Translations under genes and position numbers: made by a program
Source of the DNA: Eledone cirrhosa
Taxonomy: Eukaryota
Length of the DNA: 64,000 nt
NCBI GenBank assembly: GCA_964016885.1
Contig: OZ024751.1
Location: 32,116,001-32,180,000 of the forward strand
Direction of reading: 5' to 3'
The notes under the pieces: model-generated
Told to the model about the DNA's origin: nothing
The model's input: the letters and a program-made list of their open reading frames with translations, nothing else
Database searches by the model: none
Part shown: in pieces, positions 13,222 to 27,402 of the stretch
Numbering within the stretch: the first letter of the stretch is position 1
Layout of the letters: every line of letters begins with the position of its first letter

Positions 13222-14084
13222 TGGTTGAGAGAGGGCAGGAAAGGAAGGTTTAACCTATTTCCGTTACGATATTCTATCTGGCAGATACTCCTGCCGCATA
13301 TCAAAGAAGGTTATGGTACAGCGCAATTGTTTATTAAGTGAATAATTGGTTATACCAAATACTGAATAACTAAGGGATTCCACATGACTATGTGACAGTA
13401 CCTAGATTTACGTGGTCATTCTACCTGCTAGAAATAAATGTCAAATCTCGCTCAGGCAATGAGTGGACAGATTCGTTAAAGAGAAGGACAAAATGCATTG
13501 CAATGTTCGTTTCTGTTGTCTGTTCAATGTGTCCAAACCAGGTTGAGGTCATTTTTTGTCTTTCATTCTTTCAGGATCGATAATGTAAAGGAACAGTCGA
13601 GGGCAGTGTCTTGTAATTGTTTCGGTACTTTATGTTCTATATTCAATTCTCGCTGTGGCCTGCTTGTGTGTCAGACGTTATACGTTGCCAGGTTTAACAT
13701 GGCCACCTGATTCTTGGCTTGGGGTACTTTAACAGAATTCACTCTATTGCAAGCTTCCAATAAGCTCTCCTGTTTGAAGATATATTCCTTCCTTCATTTC
13801 TTCCTTTTTCCTACTATATATATATATATATAGGAAAGCCTTCACGAACCAAAGTATTGTCTTCCTGTTTTCGTTCGGTTGCAACGTTTTTCGAAATATT
13901 TACTTCTGCGTTCACAGATTGATTCTTTTAGTTTCAGAAGATCCTGTTAAGGGTGAAAGCAGCGATTCTTTGCTTAAACTTTATATGTTATTTTAATTAA
14001 TATTTGCTCTAGAGTTCTTATATATTTGATATATACTTATCCTTATCGAGCCCTCTGGATTTTAGTCTTCACATTTATTATTAT

Positions 14085-14151
<67 letters not shown>

Positions 14152-14154
<3 letters not shown>

Positions 14155-14285
14155 GTGCTGGCCATTTGTGAAACGCGTGTTAAGAGTATTTGTATACATA
14201 TGAAAAATGAGAGATCAAAGTTTCAATTTAACATATTTTATTGACAGTCACTCTTAACACGCGTTTCACAAATGGCCAGCTCGTA
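14152..14285. mobile_element. Tc1/mariner-type MITE
   Basis: 36-bp inverted repeats TACG(T/A)GCTGGCCATTTGTGAAACGCGTGTTAAGAGT at 14152-14187 and 14250-14285, with TA at both ends. It is adjacent to (TA)n. Confidence 0.65.
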
Positions 14286-15365
14286 GCCTTAATATAAACC
14301 AAATGACAAGTGTTTTACGAAAGAAATCTCATGAGATATGTGTTCTGCATCTAGTTACAAATAATTCCTTGTCATTCCCGCCGACAGATATGAATGGCTG
14401 AGCCCATTAAAAATCTGCAAGCAACGAACGACAATAAAATAAAATAAAATAGTAAAGAAAATATTGGCAGATATCTTACTGCACTGGTTGTATTTCTCAT
14501 TGGTTTTATCGATTGATTAAATAATTAGTTCATTAATCAATAGATTGATTGTTTTGTCAAAGTTCTTTCGTCATAACATGTGGCCGTATCGACGATTATC
14601 TGTGTCACATGTAACGTTTCCCTATTAATAGTTAATCAAAATAAATTAAAACGTCGTAAGTCACATCACAAAGTTTGAGAAAGTTCAGTTGTTGCATTGG
14701 TTGTACGAAATTATTGACGTCTGGTGTGCAGATGTATTGCACATGTTACTGTTGACATCTGGTATGCAGATATGCTGCACATATTATTGTTTACATCTGG
14801 TAGGCAGGTGTGGTGTGTGAATACATATGATGTATGCATACACACGTGTTGTAGTGTATCGTTATATGGTGCGGAATAGTGTAGTGTAGTGTGGTGTAGT
14901 GTAAAAGAGTGTGATACAGTGTGGTGTGGTGTAGTATAGTGTGGTGTGGTGTGGTATAGTGTGGTGTGGTGTGGTATAGTGTGGTGTAGTACGTAGTGGA
15001 AGTGTTGGCCGAGGTGTGGTGTAGTGTGAAGTGGAGGTATTGGCCTAGGAGAGGTGTGGTGTAGTGTGGTGTAGTGAAAGTTCGAAAATGAATTTAATGA
15101 CATGAAAATAACTCTCATATAATAAAAATCAGACGTGCATTTCAAATTAACGAAAGGTTGTGGGGCTGCCTTGTCACCCAGGAACAAGTCCTTTAAACAC
15201 ACACACACACACACACGCATACATACATAAAAACGCATACACACAATCCACATTCACAGGATGGGCCCCCTACTTCATCACATGATCTATAACCCCTGTC
15301 TCAGTAAAACTCCCCGTCAATCCTAAACATATTCATGAGAGTGCCTATACACATACACACACTCA

Positions 15366-15490
<125 letters not shown>

Positions 15491-15499
15491 TTACTCATA

Positions 15500-15540
<41 letters not shown>

Positions 15541-15569
15541 TTACTCATATATATATATATATATATATA

Positions 15570-15620
<51 letters not shown>

Positions 15621-15643
15621 TTACTCATATATATATATATATT

Positions 15644-15733
<90 letters not shown>

Positions 15734-16032
15734 CGTATATATATTCACAACAGGTATCGGCTGTTTTACATACATGGCTGATTAATTTAGGAAGTGAGGT
15801 GATAGCTGGGTGGATGGAGCCAGTCTTATTATTACACACGAATGATACCGGTCTAAGGCGGTGTAGGGATGAGATGACTGGGATGGGGGCATCATTTAAT
15901 AAAGTAAGTTTATCACCTCTAGATAACCCGGGTGTCTTGTCCCACCTGTCATAACTGTCTCTAGAGACACCGTCAATTAGAGCAGCAATGCTACATAATA
16001 AAGATAAGACACAAACCTCGAGAATGCAGAAA

Positions 16033-16096
<64 letters not shown>

Positions 16097-16288
16097 TTAT
16101 ATATGTATGTATTTATATACACACATATATATATATATATATATATCGGGCTACTCATATATATATATGTATGTGTGTGTCTGTGTACAGACATACACAC
16201 ACATGTGTATATATATACCTCAAATATCCAACAAACCAACATCAAATCACATATATATACAACACCTACATAGAAATCAACACCATAC

Positions 16289-16334
<46 letters not shown>

Positions 16335-17143
16335 TAATGGTGTTTACGAAGGACCAACACCTAAACAAAAAAGACGAACTTGTAACTGCATGCAAACACC
16401 GATTGCGTAGGACTTACCTCGCCCTCAAACCCCCTCATGACCCAGGTCGGTAGACAATGGCTGCAATTCCCCACTTGCCGAACAAAATAGGGGAAACCCC
16501 AGCTAACATAGATAGATGTACTTCTTTTCTTTTCCTTTTTATTTTCTTCTTCCCTTTATCTCTTCCTATCATTTCCTTCCACCCTCTATCCTCTTCCTTT
16601 TCCTTTTCCCCTTACGCCTACCCCGAGGCAGCCCATCGGGTTTTTGTAGCCTCAGTACCGCCACCCCAGTAAATTATATATAGCATTGGCCGAAAACGCA
16701 ATACCAACTAAATATAGCAGCTGTTTTAGACTCTAGAGATTTTTTTATTACTTCTTACTATCCAATTTTATATTTTTATATATTTTTTTAATTTATTTAT
16801 TATCTTCTAATCTCAATTTATTAAGCTATCCTATAACGTCCCCTCTCTATTTTCTCCAGAATCCATTTTCGCCTGCTTCCTTACTAGCCTATTTTCATAC
16901 ACAATCCTTAGAATTTGGTGCATAGAATTCACTTTCAACGCTTGACCGGCTCCATCCACTCCCTCATTGTTCTACAGGCAAGTTCAGCCACCCTCACCTC
17001 CCACCCACTGCCATGAAAGACTTAATTGTGTTTACAAGAAATTTTGACCAATCCTCTTGACAACTACAATCTTCCCAGATAAGGAATTACCCCTTGAAAA
17101 GTTCGGTTATTTATTTACCACGCTAAAAATTCTAATTTAGTCT

Positions 17144-17200
17144 AGAAATAGCCGTCGAAACGGCTTGAGCTCTGCCGTCGGGGTCAAACATTTTTCCTAT
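17144..17200 (+). repeat. Single arm of the 22500/59617 palindrome family abutting (TA)n
   Basis: AGAAATAGCCGTCGAAACGGCTTGAGCTCTGCCGTCGGGGT is identical to 22554-22594. Confidence 0.85.
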
Positions 17201-17324
17201 ATATATATATATATATATATGACATGTATTTATTAGTAGTCTTGTCACTCTGGAGTTTTAGCTGCGCACTCACAGGATTATTATACAACCCTCCCCACAC
17301 ACATACATACACAGACACACACAC

Positions 17325-17367
<43 letters not shown>

Positions 17368-18045
17368 CACATATATATAACATATTGTCATTGAGGATGT
17401 CACAGAATGTGCGACGAAAGAACTTTGACAAACGAATGAATAACGATAAATAAAGATAAAGATACAGTGAAAATCATATGGTGCAGGTGTTTCTTTTATT
17501 GGCAATACTGGCAATATGACCATCACCAAATATAGCAATATGAACATACTGCCTTATAAAACTATTTCCGGGACATCATATTATTTTGAAGTGCTACAGA
17601 ATATATAGAGGCCTTATTAACAAAGAAAAAAAAACAACAAAACAATATAACTTTATTCCCAAATCCGAATTACTCCCAGCTAATGCAACCAAACAAGAAC
17701 AAAGCCAACCACATAATTGTAATCCTGTTAGAAGCTTCATATATCTTCAATGTAAAATCGAATATTACTGAGAAATTTCTCTAACCTGAACCGAAAACAT
17801 TCCCCCATACAACAGGGATATTTCAAATTATTTAAGCAGTTAAACCTGAATGTTAGCTACAGTTGCATGACTAATATGCAGAACATCTATGCTTAAGCGC
17901 TTTCCTAAAATCGAATAAACTGATTTGCATAAATTAACGCATTTGGCAGTTAGTTCGATCAATAATTACTGGTGTATTAAGTGTTTGATTATGTTGCATC
18001 GAGAGATTTTTATCAGGGAAAAGTGGACGTAAAATGATGATGATG

Positions 18046-18176
<131 letters not shown>

Positions 18177-18239
18177 TGTGTGTGTGTGTGTGTGTGTGTA
18201 TTGTGTGTATTGTGTGTATAATTTTTGTGAATGCACACA

Positions 18240-18365
18240 TATCCGAGTGGTAAAGAAGTGTTGGATTCAATACCACTGGGCAAGTGTTATTTACTACCAC
18301 GCGAGGTGACCCAAGCCCTTTGAGTGAAATTGTGTAGATGGAGACTGCGTAGAAGACTGTCGGAT
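18240..18365 (+). mobile_element. Degenerate tRNA-derived SINE
   Basis: Degenerate A/B box (GAGTGGTAAAG...GGATTCAATACC) followed by GGCAAGTGT...GTAGATGGAGACTG. Related pieces lie near 54300-54400 and on the minus strand at 59925-60080. Confidence 0.5.
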
Positions 18366-18729
18366 GGATTGTGTCTGTAATTCAGTACCAATCTTTACCA
18401 CATTGTGTCACAGTGTGTCATAGTGTAACACACTATGTTACAACCAGAGAGTTACGTTAACATGTATGTACCTGTGGAATACTCAAGCGACATATACAAT
18501 AATACAAAATAGACTCTATCTGCTGTTGAAAGATCCAACCTTTTCACCTACTTACTGTGTCAGGACCCACATTTACGTTATATTAACTATTAGGTATCCC
18601 CGTTGATCTAACCTTCTCAGCCACTGTGTCTGAGGAAAACTGATCCAGTTACACATTAGTATAACCATTAGGTAGCACTGTTGATCAACCAACTGGAATA
18701 TTTCTCGTCGAAATCCGAGACCTGTTTAC

Positions 18730-18865
18730 TATATTATATATGTTAGGGTATGTATGATATGTGTTAGGGTCTATATATTATATGTGTTAGGGTCTATATA
18801 TTATATGTGTTAGGGTGTATATATTTTATGTGTTGGGGTGTATATATTATATGTGTTAGGGTGTG
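18730..18865. repeat. 23-bp minisatellite containing TTAGGG
   Basis: The unit ATATGTGTTAGGGTCTATATATT occurs about six times. Confidence 0.85.
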
Positions 18866-19086
18866 TACTTTACAGTGTATGTGTGTGTTGTGTGTGTGTC
18901 GGTACTTTATAGTGTGTGTGTGTACTGGAGACAGGGAGATGTCTCCTTCCCCAAAGTCACAATGACATAAAGATGTGTCTTTCTCCAGACTGAAATCTTT
19001 GTCTTCATAAATAACTGTTGTTCGGACGAATTATAAATAAAACTGTCATAGATAAACAGAGGAAGCTGAAAACATGTCAATAAATA

Positions 19087-19153
<67 letters not shown>

Positions 19154-19160
19154 GCCACCG

Positions 19161-19231
<71 letters not shown>

Positions 19232-19678
19232 GTATGTGCTCATGTTTATTCCCTTTTCCAGCCATTCACTATTCCGTAAAGAGAGTTATAGTGTCGAGGG
19301 GTGTGTGTGTATGTATGTATGTGTGTGTGTGTATGTGCTGAGGTCGGTACTTTCTTCATCGACCCTGTAACAACGAGATGTGTGAAGTCGACCCTCAGTG
19401 GAATAGAGATTTGAACTCAGAGAGTCGAGAATCCAGACTAATATTGCAATACGTTCAATCCGAGGACCCCTTATCAATTCCGCCAATCGACCACATTAAG
19501 CTTAATAAATACACACACATGCACACACATACATGCACACAAATACATACACACATATACCTACACACATACACACATATATACACACACATATATATGT
19601 CTATATAGTGTTTTATTTGTATATATAGCTCGCATGTAGCTGTTGAAACGGCCGTAGCTCAGCCACGTAGGCTATATT

Positions 19679-19739
<61 letters not shown>

Positions 19740-21190
19740 ATTGCTTCATCTTGTCAAATGATAGCTGTCTCAATCACCTTCCCAGGAAACTTGGTGAGTT
19801 GTGCTCTCTCTCTGGATTATCCCCCTTAGGAAATAATGCGTGATTTGATTGATTGTAATTAGTCTCAATTGGAATCAAAATATGAAATTAGGTGTTGAGT
19901 TGTATGTGGTGGTGATGGTGGGGAGTGGGGTGGAATGAGGGTAAGACAGAAAGAGAAAGAGTGAGGGGGGAAGGAGGAAGGATGGAGTGGAGTGGTAGGT
20001 AAAAATGTGGAAGACGGTTTTCCTGAAATTACTGGGGTATGTGTGTGGCTGCAATTCTTATAGTTTATGGGTCAATGAAGGTTTCTCTCAGAGTTAATTT
20101 TACTTGAAGATCGAGAGAGATGGAAAATAAAGTGTAAGTGTATATTAATGTTTCGATGTGGAGATTTCTGTAGTTTTGAAGCTCTGTAGAAAGAGTTGAG
20201 ATCAGAATTGTGATTCAAGATGTTTCCAATAAGACTCAAAATTTAGAATTTCTGAAGTCCATAGATTAAAGAATCTTGAAAATATGTCACCTTTTTTTCT
20301 TCTTTCAAATAACCCCAAAGCTTCAAATTGATATGAAAGTTCGTGTGTTTGTCCCTTAAAATCTCTAATGCAACTGACTGGGTTCTAGAACTTTGTGCAT
20401 GTCGTCTGGTTATATCACAATATCTAAAACGTTAACTGTTAAATCAATAGAATGTGTCTGAATGAGTACATTCAACAGTATAACGTCAACACAATGAATA
20501 ATGGAATTTATTAGCCATCTACCAACTAAGGAAATATGGAATTGAATGTTAAGAGATGTTACATGAAATATGGGGAAGATTGAGGGTTTTTTCCGGTTAA
20601 TGCTCCATACAGGGGAATGGCTACTTTTAATCGTATCTCTGTTGAAATTTATGATTCATGAAGAAATGTATGTTTACAAGTTTTAGATATTTTCTAAATT
20701 GATTCAGGGATATTACCATGGTGTTCTACTTTTTTCTGTTTATGCGGTTCTATTTAGAGGTTCTATTCCCTCTAATAGTGTGTGTTGTTTTTATTAGATT
20801 CTGCTCAATTATTCTCATATAATGTCAATGGCTTTTCATGATATTGAGAGATTTCGTACATTGTTTTCAAATAAATATTCATGTATATAAAAAATATAAT
20901 AAAGGCGCCCAGATTAATATTATTCAGTGAATTCTTTAAGATGGAAGTTGGGTGGTTTAAATTTTTGAGGTAAGTTATATAGAATTGTATCCGATTTTCT
21001 ATAGGAGTGGTACAGGAAAATTGTGTTGACAATGATTTTTAAGTTCAAATCATTAAATAACTTGACAACATTTTTTGAAAATCTATCCCATTGTTTGAAA
21101 TTAATTTTGCCTACTATTAAGGTCGGTATCACGTTATGAATTTTCTATAAATAAATATTATTCTATTTTATACCTAGTATTGAGTTTTTT
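19740..21190 (-). pseudogene. Highly decayed Penelope-like element (RT thumb/linker region)
   Basis: The fragments KLFNDLNLKII, YRKSDTILY, NHPTSILKN and FNRDTIK resemble the PLE motifs YRKPND.PLY, SNHPPSI.KN and FNRNT.K.SYSC. There are many stops and frameshifts. Confidence 0.6.
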
Positions 21191-21230
21191 CATGTCTTTG
21201 TATGCACCAACTTACGATCAATTAAAATAA

Positions 21231-21278
<48 letters not shown>

Positions 21279-21720
21279 GGGTGGGGGTGGGGGGGCATGC
21301 GTGTGTTTCTGTATATATATATATATATATGTACACATGCATATAGACACACACACATACATATACATACATAAATAATGATTGTAAAACCATAAAAAAG
21401 TATCACCCCTGCCACCAAAGAAAGAATGAAAGTATGGTGTATTATTGTCTAGAAATTTAATAGAAGCCGTGAAGGTGGAGGTAGAGGTAAGTAAGTATGA
21501 TGGAGTAGGGCAGCGGAGTAAGGTTTAGGGGGGGGGAGGATGTCATGGAGTTAATATCAATGATATCTAGCTATCGATGTCACTCCAAGTTCGTTTTACT
21601 TTGACACGGTTGTCGTTCTTAACGAGGCGTTAACTGTCTTTTGTAGGTATTGTTACATATCTGTCTGTCTGGTAATATAACCCCCATATATGTATGTATG
21701 TAATGAAAATGCATACATTC

Positions 21721-21754
<34 letters not shown>

Positions 21755-21896
21755 ATATATGAATATGTATATATATATTTGTATATATATCTAAATTTAA
21801 GTAAGTTAATTTTTTAAAGGTTTTTTAAAATTTTCTTATTTTACGTCTTTTATATATATATATGTATGTATATATATAAATATGTATATATATATT

Positions 21897-21941
<45 letters not shown>

Positions 21942-22265
21942 GTATGTGTGTGTGTTTGTATATAGGTGTTGTGTATTTACATATTTAAACAAAGCGTAAC
22001 GTGGTATGTGATAAATCAAAAACGTGAATACATGCTGCGATTTGAACCAGATCTCAATGGCATTTGTTTCGAGACCCACTTCGTTGACAAACACATTTTT
22101 GTTCTCTTTCATATATAATGATGAATACATTTGCAATTAGCATGACTTGCTTTTACAAGGGTCGCCTGTAAATTGCACAGGATGACCAAGATACTCTCAT
22201 GGAATGACCAAATGAAGAATATTTTTCAACAAAGGCCCTGGAAAGAAACAATGCATTTATTAATA

Positions 22266-22315
22266 ACAGGCTGAATTAGTTGGGGTGTATAACCCAACGA
22301 AACTTAAGAACCTGT
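22266..22315 (+). ncRNA. Variant type I hammerhead-like motif
   Basis: ACAGG-CTGAATTA-GTTGGG(loop)CCCAAC-GAAA-CTTAAG-AA-CCTGT. Stems I, II and III all pair, but the core deviates. It is homologous to both arms of 56093-56287. Confidence 0.6.
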
Positions 22316-22333
22316 ATATGTCACTGTTGTAAC

Positions 22334-22415
<82 letters not shown>

Positions 22416-22417
<2 letters not shown>

Positions 22418-22606
22418 ACGAAGGAAGTGTGGTAAGGAACCAGATGGACCATAACGCACCAGAGTACTCAATACTTAGGGTAGTAGAGTGGGTAATAGGA
22501 AAAGTTTAACCCCGACGGCAGAGCTCAAGCCGTTTCGACGGCTATTTCTAGCCAGAAATAGCCGTCGAAACGGCTTGAGCTCTGCCGTCGGGGTTAAACT
22601 TTTTGC

Positions 22607-22608
<2 letters not shown>
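22416..22608. mobile_element. (TA)n-embedded mini-element with a 50-bp-arm perfect palindrome
   Basis: Arms are 22500-22549 and 22554-22603, preceded by an unpaired extension of about 80 bp. It is a homolog of 59539-59735. Confidence 0.85.
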
Positions 22609-22688
<80 letters not shown>

Positions 22689-22893
22689 CACATATATATA
22701 CACACACATACCCACATACAAACATATATATGTATATATATACTGGTATCCATCTATCTATGGTAGGGCCAATAACATTGTTAGAACTCCATGTAGTCAA
22801 GAAGAGATCATGTGATGAAGGTTCTTGTTTTTGTAGTAGGCTTTCAACATACGGATTCCGTTGAGCATTACAAACGAGTTACAGAGTCGTATA

Positions 22894-23116
22894 TGTTGAA
22901 CAATGAGAACAAAATAGCGAAGTTTAGTGCTTAATCAGTTCATTGTTTTACAATCGTTTCAGAAGGTTGATTGATTACGATAAATCGTTATAGAGAATAA
23001 TCGATAGGAGTTATGTAACTCCATATTATTAGACTTGATACTACAGATCCATCACATCGGAAAACAGTAAACTGATTAAGCACTAAATTTCGCCATTTTG
23101 TTATCATTGTTCAACA
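22894..23116. repeat. Inverted repeat (about 55-bp arms) bracketing a hammerhead-like core on the minus strand
   Basis: Arms are 22894-22948 and 23061-23116. The minus strand of the spacer starts CCGATG and ends GAAACGATTGTA. Confidence 0.7.
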
Positions 23117-23193
23117 CACACACGCATACACACACAAACAGACATAGACATACACATATATATATATATATATACATAAACACACAGACACAC

Positions 23194-23255
<62 letters not shown>

Positions 23256-23435
23256 TGCTCACTCGATGAACCGTTGCTTGTTATAAGAGGTGTAAATTAT
23301 AAAACAGGGAAGGTTATTTTCAAGAAGGTTACTTGTAATGTTTGTGGTGCCAAAACATCTGATGTATTCGTCTGAAACTGATAGCCAGACAAAGAAATAT
23401 TGCCAATCTTTTCTCTATATTCTCTCTCTCTGAAT

Positions 23436-23583
<148 letters not shown>

Positions 23584-23699
23584 TAGCCCCTACTATTCAC
23601 AAGTCCAAAGTGTTGAAAGAAATTACAGATAAACACTGTACGATATATATATAAATATAGTGGCCCATTGCCGTGAGGCTGGAGGTGTCAGACCCGATG

Positions 23700-23816
<117 letters not shown>

Positions 23817-24485
23817 ATTTATTTACGATAACTATCTTGTGTTTGTAGAACCCGCCCAGTTTTTCGGCTACTACGAAAGTCTGAGGTCTGCCGATGATTT
23901 TATATTTAACTTAATTTTTTTTAAATAAATTTTGTATCTATGTTTTAAGTCTTTAACATTTGACGTTATAAGTTTTGTCTCTATCAAAGAGTCATCAGTA
24001 TTTTTGTGTGGAGTGGTGATAGTAAAGGTGGTGTTGTGATGGTAGGGGTGTTGTGATGGTGGGGGCTTGGTGTAGTGATGGTAAGGGTGGTGAAGTGATG
24101 GTAAGGGTGGTGTAGTAATGATAGCGAGGGAGGGGGCGTAGTGATGTTAGTGGGGAGTGATGGCTACAAACAAGCATATTATCCTTCTTTAATCAGATTG
24201 AATAACGGATGACGATAATGATGATAATGATGATGTTGATGATGTTGATGATGTTGATCATGATGATGACGACGACATCGATAACGATAACGATGACGAC
24301 GATGATGGATGAGTCTAAATTATAATGAAAAAAATGTTATTTCTCACCATCTTATTTATTTACTGTGTTAATCTACATATTTGTATGTATGTATGTATGT
24401 ATGTATGTATGTATGTATGTATGTATGTATGTATGTATGTATGTATGTATGTATGTATGTACATGTTTATATATATGCATATGCA

Positions 24486-24538
<53 letters not shown>

Positions 24539-24547
24539 ATATATATA

Positions 24548-24622
<75 letters not shown>

Positions 24623-24745
24623 ATATATATGCATATATATATGTATGTATATATATATGCATATATATATGTATGTATATATATATATGCATATATATAT
24701 GTATGTATATATATATGCATATATATATATATATGTATATATATA

Positions 24746-24811
<66 letters not shown>

Positions 24812-25829
24812 CATGTATGTACACATGGTTTTGTGTGTCACCCTGCATATATGGACGTCTATATACCAGTAGCCTTATTTTCATAACCTTTTTGTTGCAC
24901 AGTAACACTACTATGTGTACAGATTGCATCGATGCTCTGATAATCACGCAGTTGTTACATACACACATATATGCAAACAAACACACATGCATACACATAG
25001 ACACATACTCACATACGCAGACACTTATATAAGCACAACTACACTTATACATAAAGATACATAAACATATACACACAAAAATGCCCAAACTCAGAAACTT
25101 GTCTACGTTTCTTTGAAATGTTTTGTAAATATGTGACTATGTATACAGCGAAGGTTGTTGTTGTTATTGTCGTTTGTTGTTGTCCGGGCCAACGATGGAA
25201 GCTTGGCATCGTCACTCATTCTACTAGAAATAGTAGCTAAATCTACAGCCCTCCCTTGTTACAGGAAGTTACTATACTTCGTTCACCGTGACTACGGATT
25301 CGTATTCAGTCATATGCAAGTTTTCCCAACATTTCCATACAGTTGCGGGGTTTCATTTTCCTCATCTCCGATGATTCCCTCTGTGATCCCTGAGGATAAA
25401 CCCCAGATACAACCTTATTGGTTGTATATATACCTGCCCCCCCCCCCCACATATGTATGTAAAAGGTAAACAGAAATAACAAAGTAAACGACACAGTACA
25501 ATGAAGAAATATATTAGTTTAACGCTTGAAATACCAGGAATATATACATGCATATACAATCACAACACATAAACACACACACATACAAGAACCCTTCCAT
25601 AGATTAACATCTCAAAATTAATTGGCCTCCCGTGTATATATAATGACAATGGGGAGGTAACTCTGATGAGGCTGGGTGTGAAACTGAGTTTTTATCTGGT
25701 GGAAGAGCTGGATGTAAAGTGAAAACTGAGCCTTGAAATAAATATATAAATAAGTATTGAACCAATCGTCAGATTTACGATTTCAGGGACATAAAATACC
25801 CAACTATAGTGAGGTCGACCTTGCTTTCC

Positions 25830-26168
25830 CTTAATGGTGAAGTGTTGGACCTCCATCGGTTACGACGACGAGTGTTCCAGCTGTTCAATCAACGGAGCAA
25901 CCTGCTTGTTAAATTAACGAACGCATGACTTAGCATCACACAATCACGTGTACCCTTTAGGTAGTTCTCTGGGATATTCAGTATTGACACAGTGTGTGAC
26001 AAACTTGATGCTTTGAATTACACATGTAATTCGTTTTTGCCAGCTGAGTGTACCGGAACAACGTGAAGTAAAGTAGCTTGCTCAAGGAAAAAAATTCGTC
26101 GCTAGGAATCGAATTCACGACCTTACGATTGTGGACCGAACGCTGTAACCACTTAGCTACGTGTCTTC
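25830..26168 (-). mobile_element. tRNA-derived SINE
   Basis: The minus strand reads GTAGCTAAGTGGTTA...GAATTCGATTCC (A/B boxes), then CCTTGAGCAAG. Related copies lie at 42425-42560 (+) and 18440-18720. Confidence 0.7.
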
Positions 26169-26670
26169 ACAAATTACGACAAAACATAATCAAAATAAAG
26201 CCCCCCCCCCCCACCACCACTGTTCATTCCAGTGACGTCAACGCCACTATTCTATCCCTTCACGGTATTCAAGTCTCCTTTTCAAAACCCTCCCGAATCC
26301 CTTAATCTGGCACCACTCTCCACCTACTCCGTTTTCTGGGGTAGGGATGAGACAGCTTACTACCATTTATTGTAAACCCCCCCCCCCCCCACACCTTGTA
26401 GTCATCAAATAATCTCTTATAAAATAACCCCATCCCGAACCCTTAAAATTTCCGACCATCGACTCATTTAAGGGGAGATTACAGGTTTATCACAGTTGGG
26501 AAATAGAAGTTGATTAATGTTGATTAGGGAATGGCGGGAAAATAAACTTCCTGTGTAGTATGAGAGGGTAGGGAGAGATAGAGTGAGTGAGTGTGAGAGA
26601 GAGAGTGAGTGAGTGAGAGAGAGAGAGAGAGAGAGTGAGAGAGAGAGAGAGAGTGAGAGTGACAGAGAGA

Positions 26671-26701
<31 letters not shown>

Positions 26702-26781
26702 TGAGAGAGAAAGACATTTAAGGCCAGCGAAAGAATAGTAGAAACGGAAGGCAACGATATATATATATACATATATATATG

Positions 26782-26926
<145 letters not shown>

Positions 26927-27335
26927 ACGATAATTAAAAATATAAATTAAAGTGTATATATGCACCTCTATAACTATATAACACACACGTACAAATCCAA
27001 AGAGATCTGTTTTGCCAATAAGTTGTTGACTGAAATGAAATAGCCCATGGTTCATCAGCGTGTGTAAGGCTATACGTTACAGACAACTCTAAGAGAATCT
27101 AAAGCGACCGTCCAGCTACACGCGGGAGAGAGATGTCACAGCGTGTTTAGGGCAGTGAACCAGTGGTGTCTGAGGGTCGAGCTGAAAGGGCAGCCCAAAA
27201 CCACTCAGAGAAGTGAGCTCAACCAAACAGAGAGAGAGGAAAGACTGTTATAAGGAGCGAAATATCACGATAAATTAACGGAGCCATAGACTCTGTCAAT
27301 AATGTGCTCAAAGGAGAAGGAATCCTGAGCTCTTT

Positions 27336-27402
<67 letters not shown>

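Noticed and set aside
25659-25690. CTGATGA...GAAAC hammerhead-like motif
   Set aside because: No convincing stem II and no UH cleavage site.
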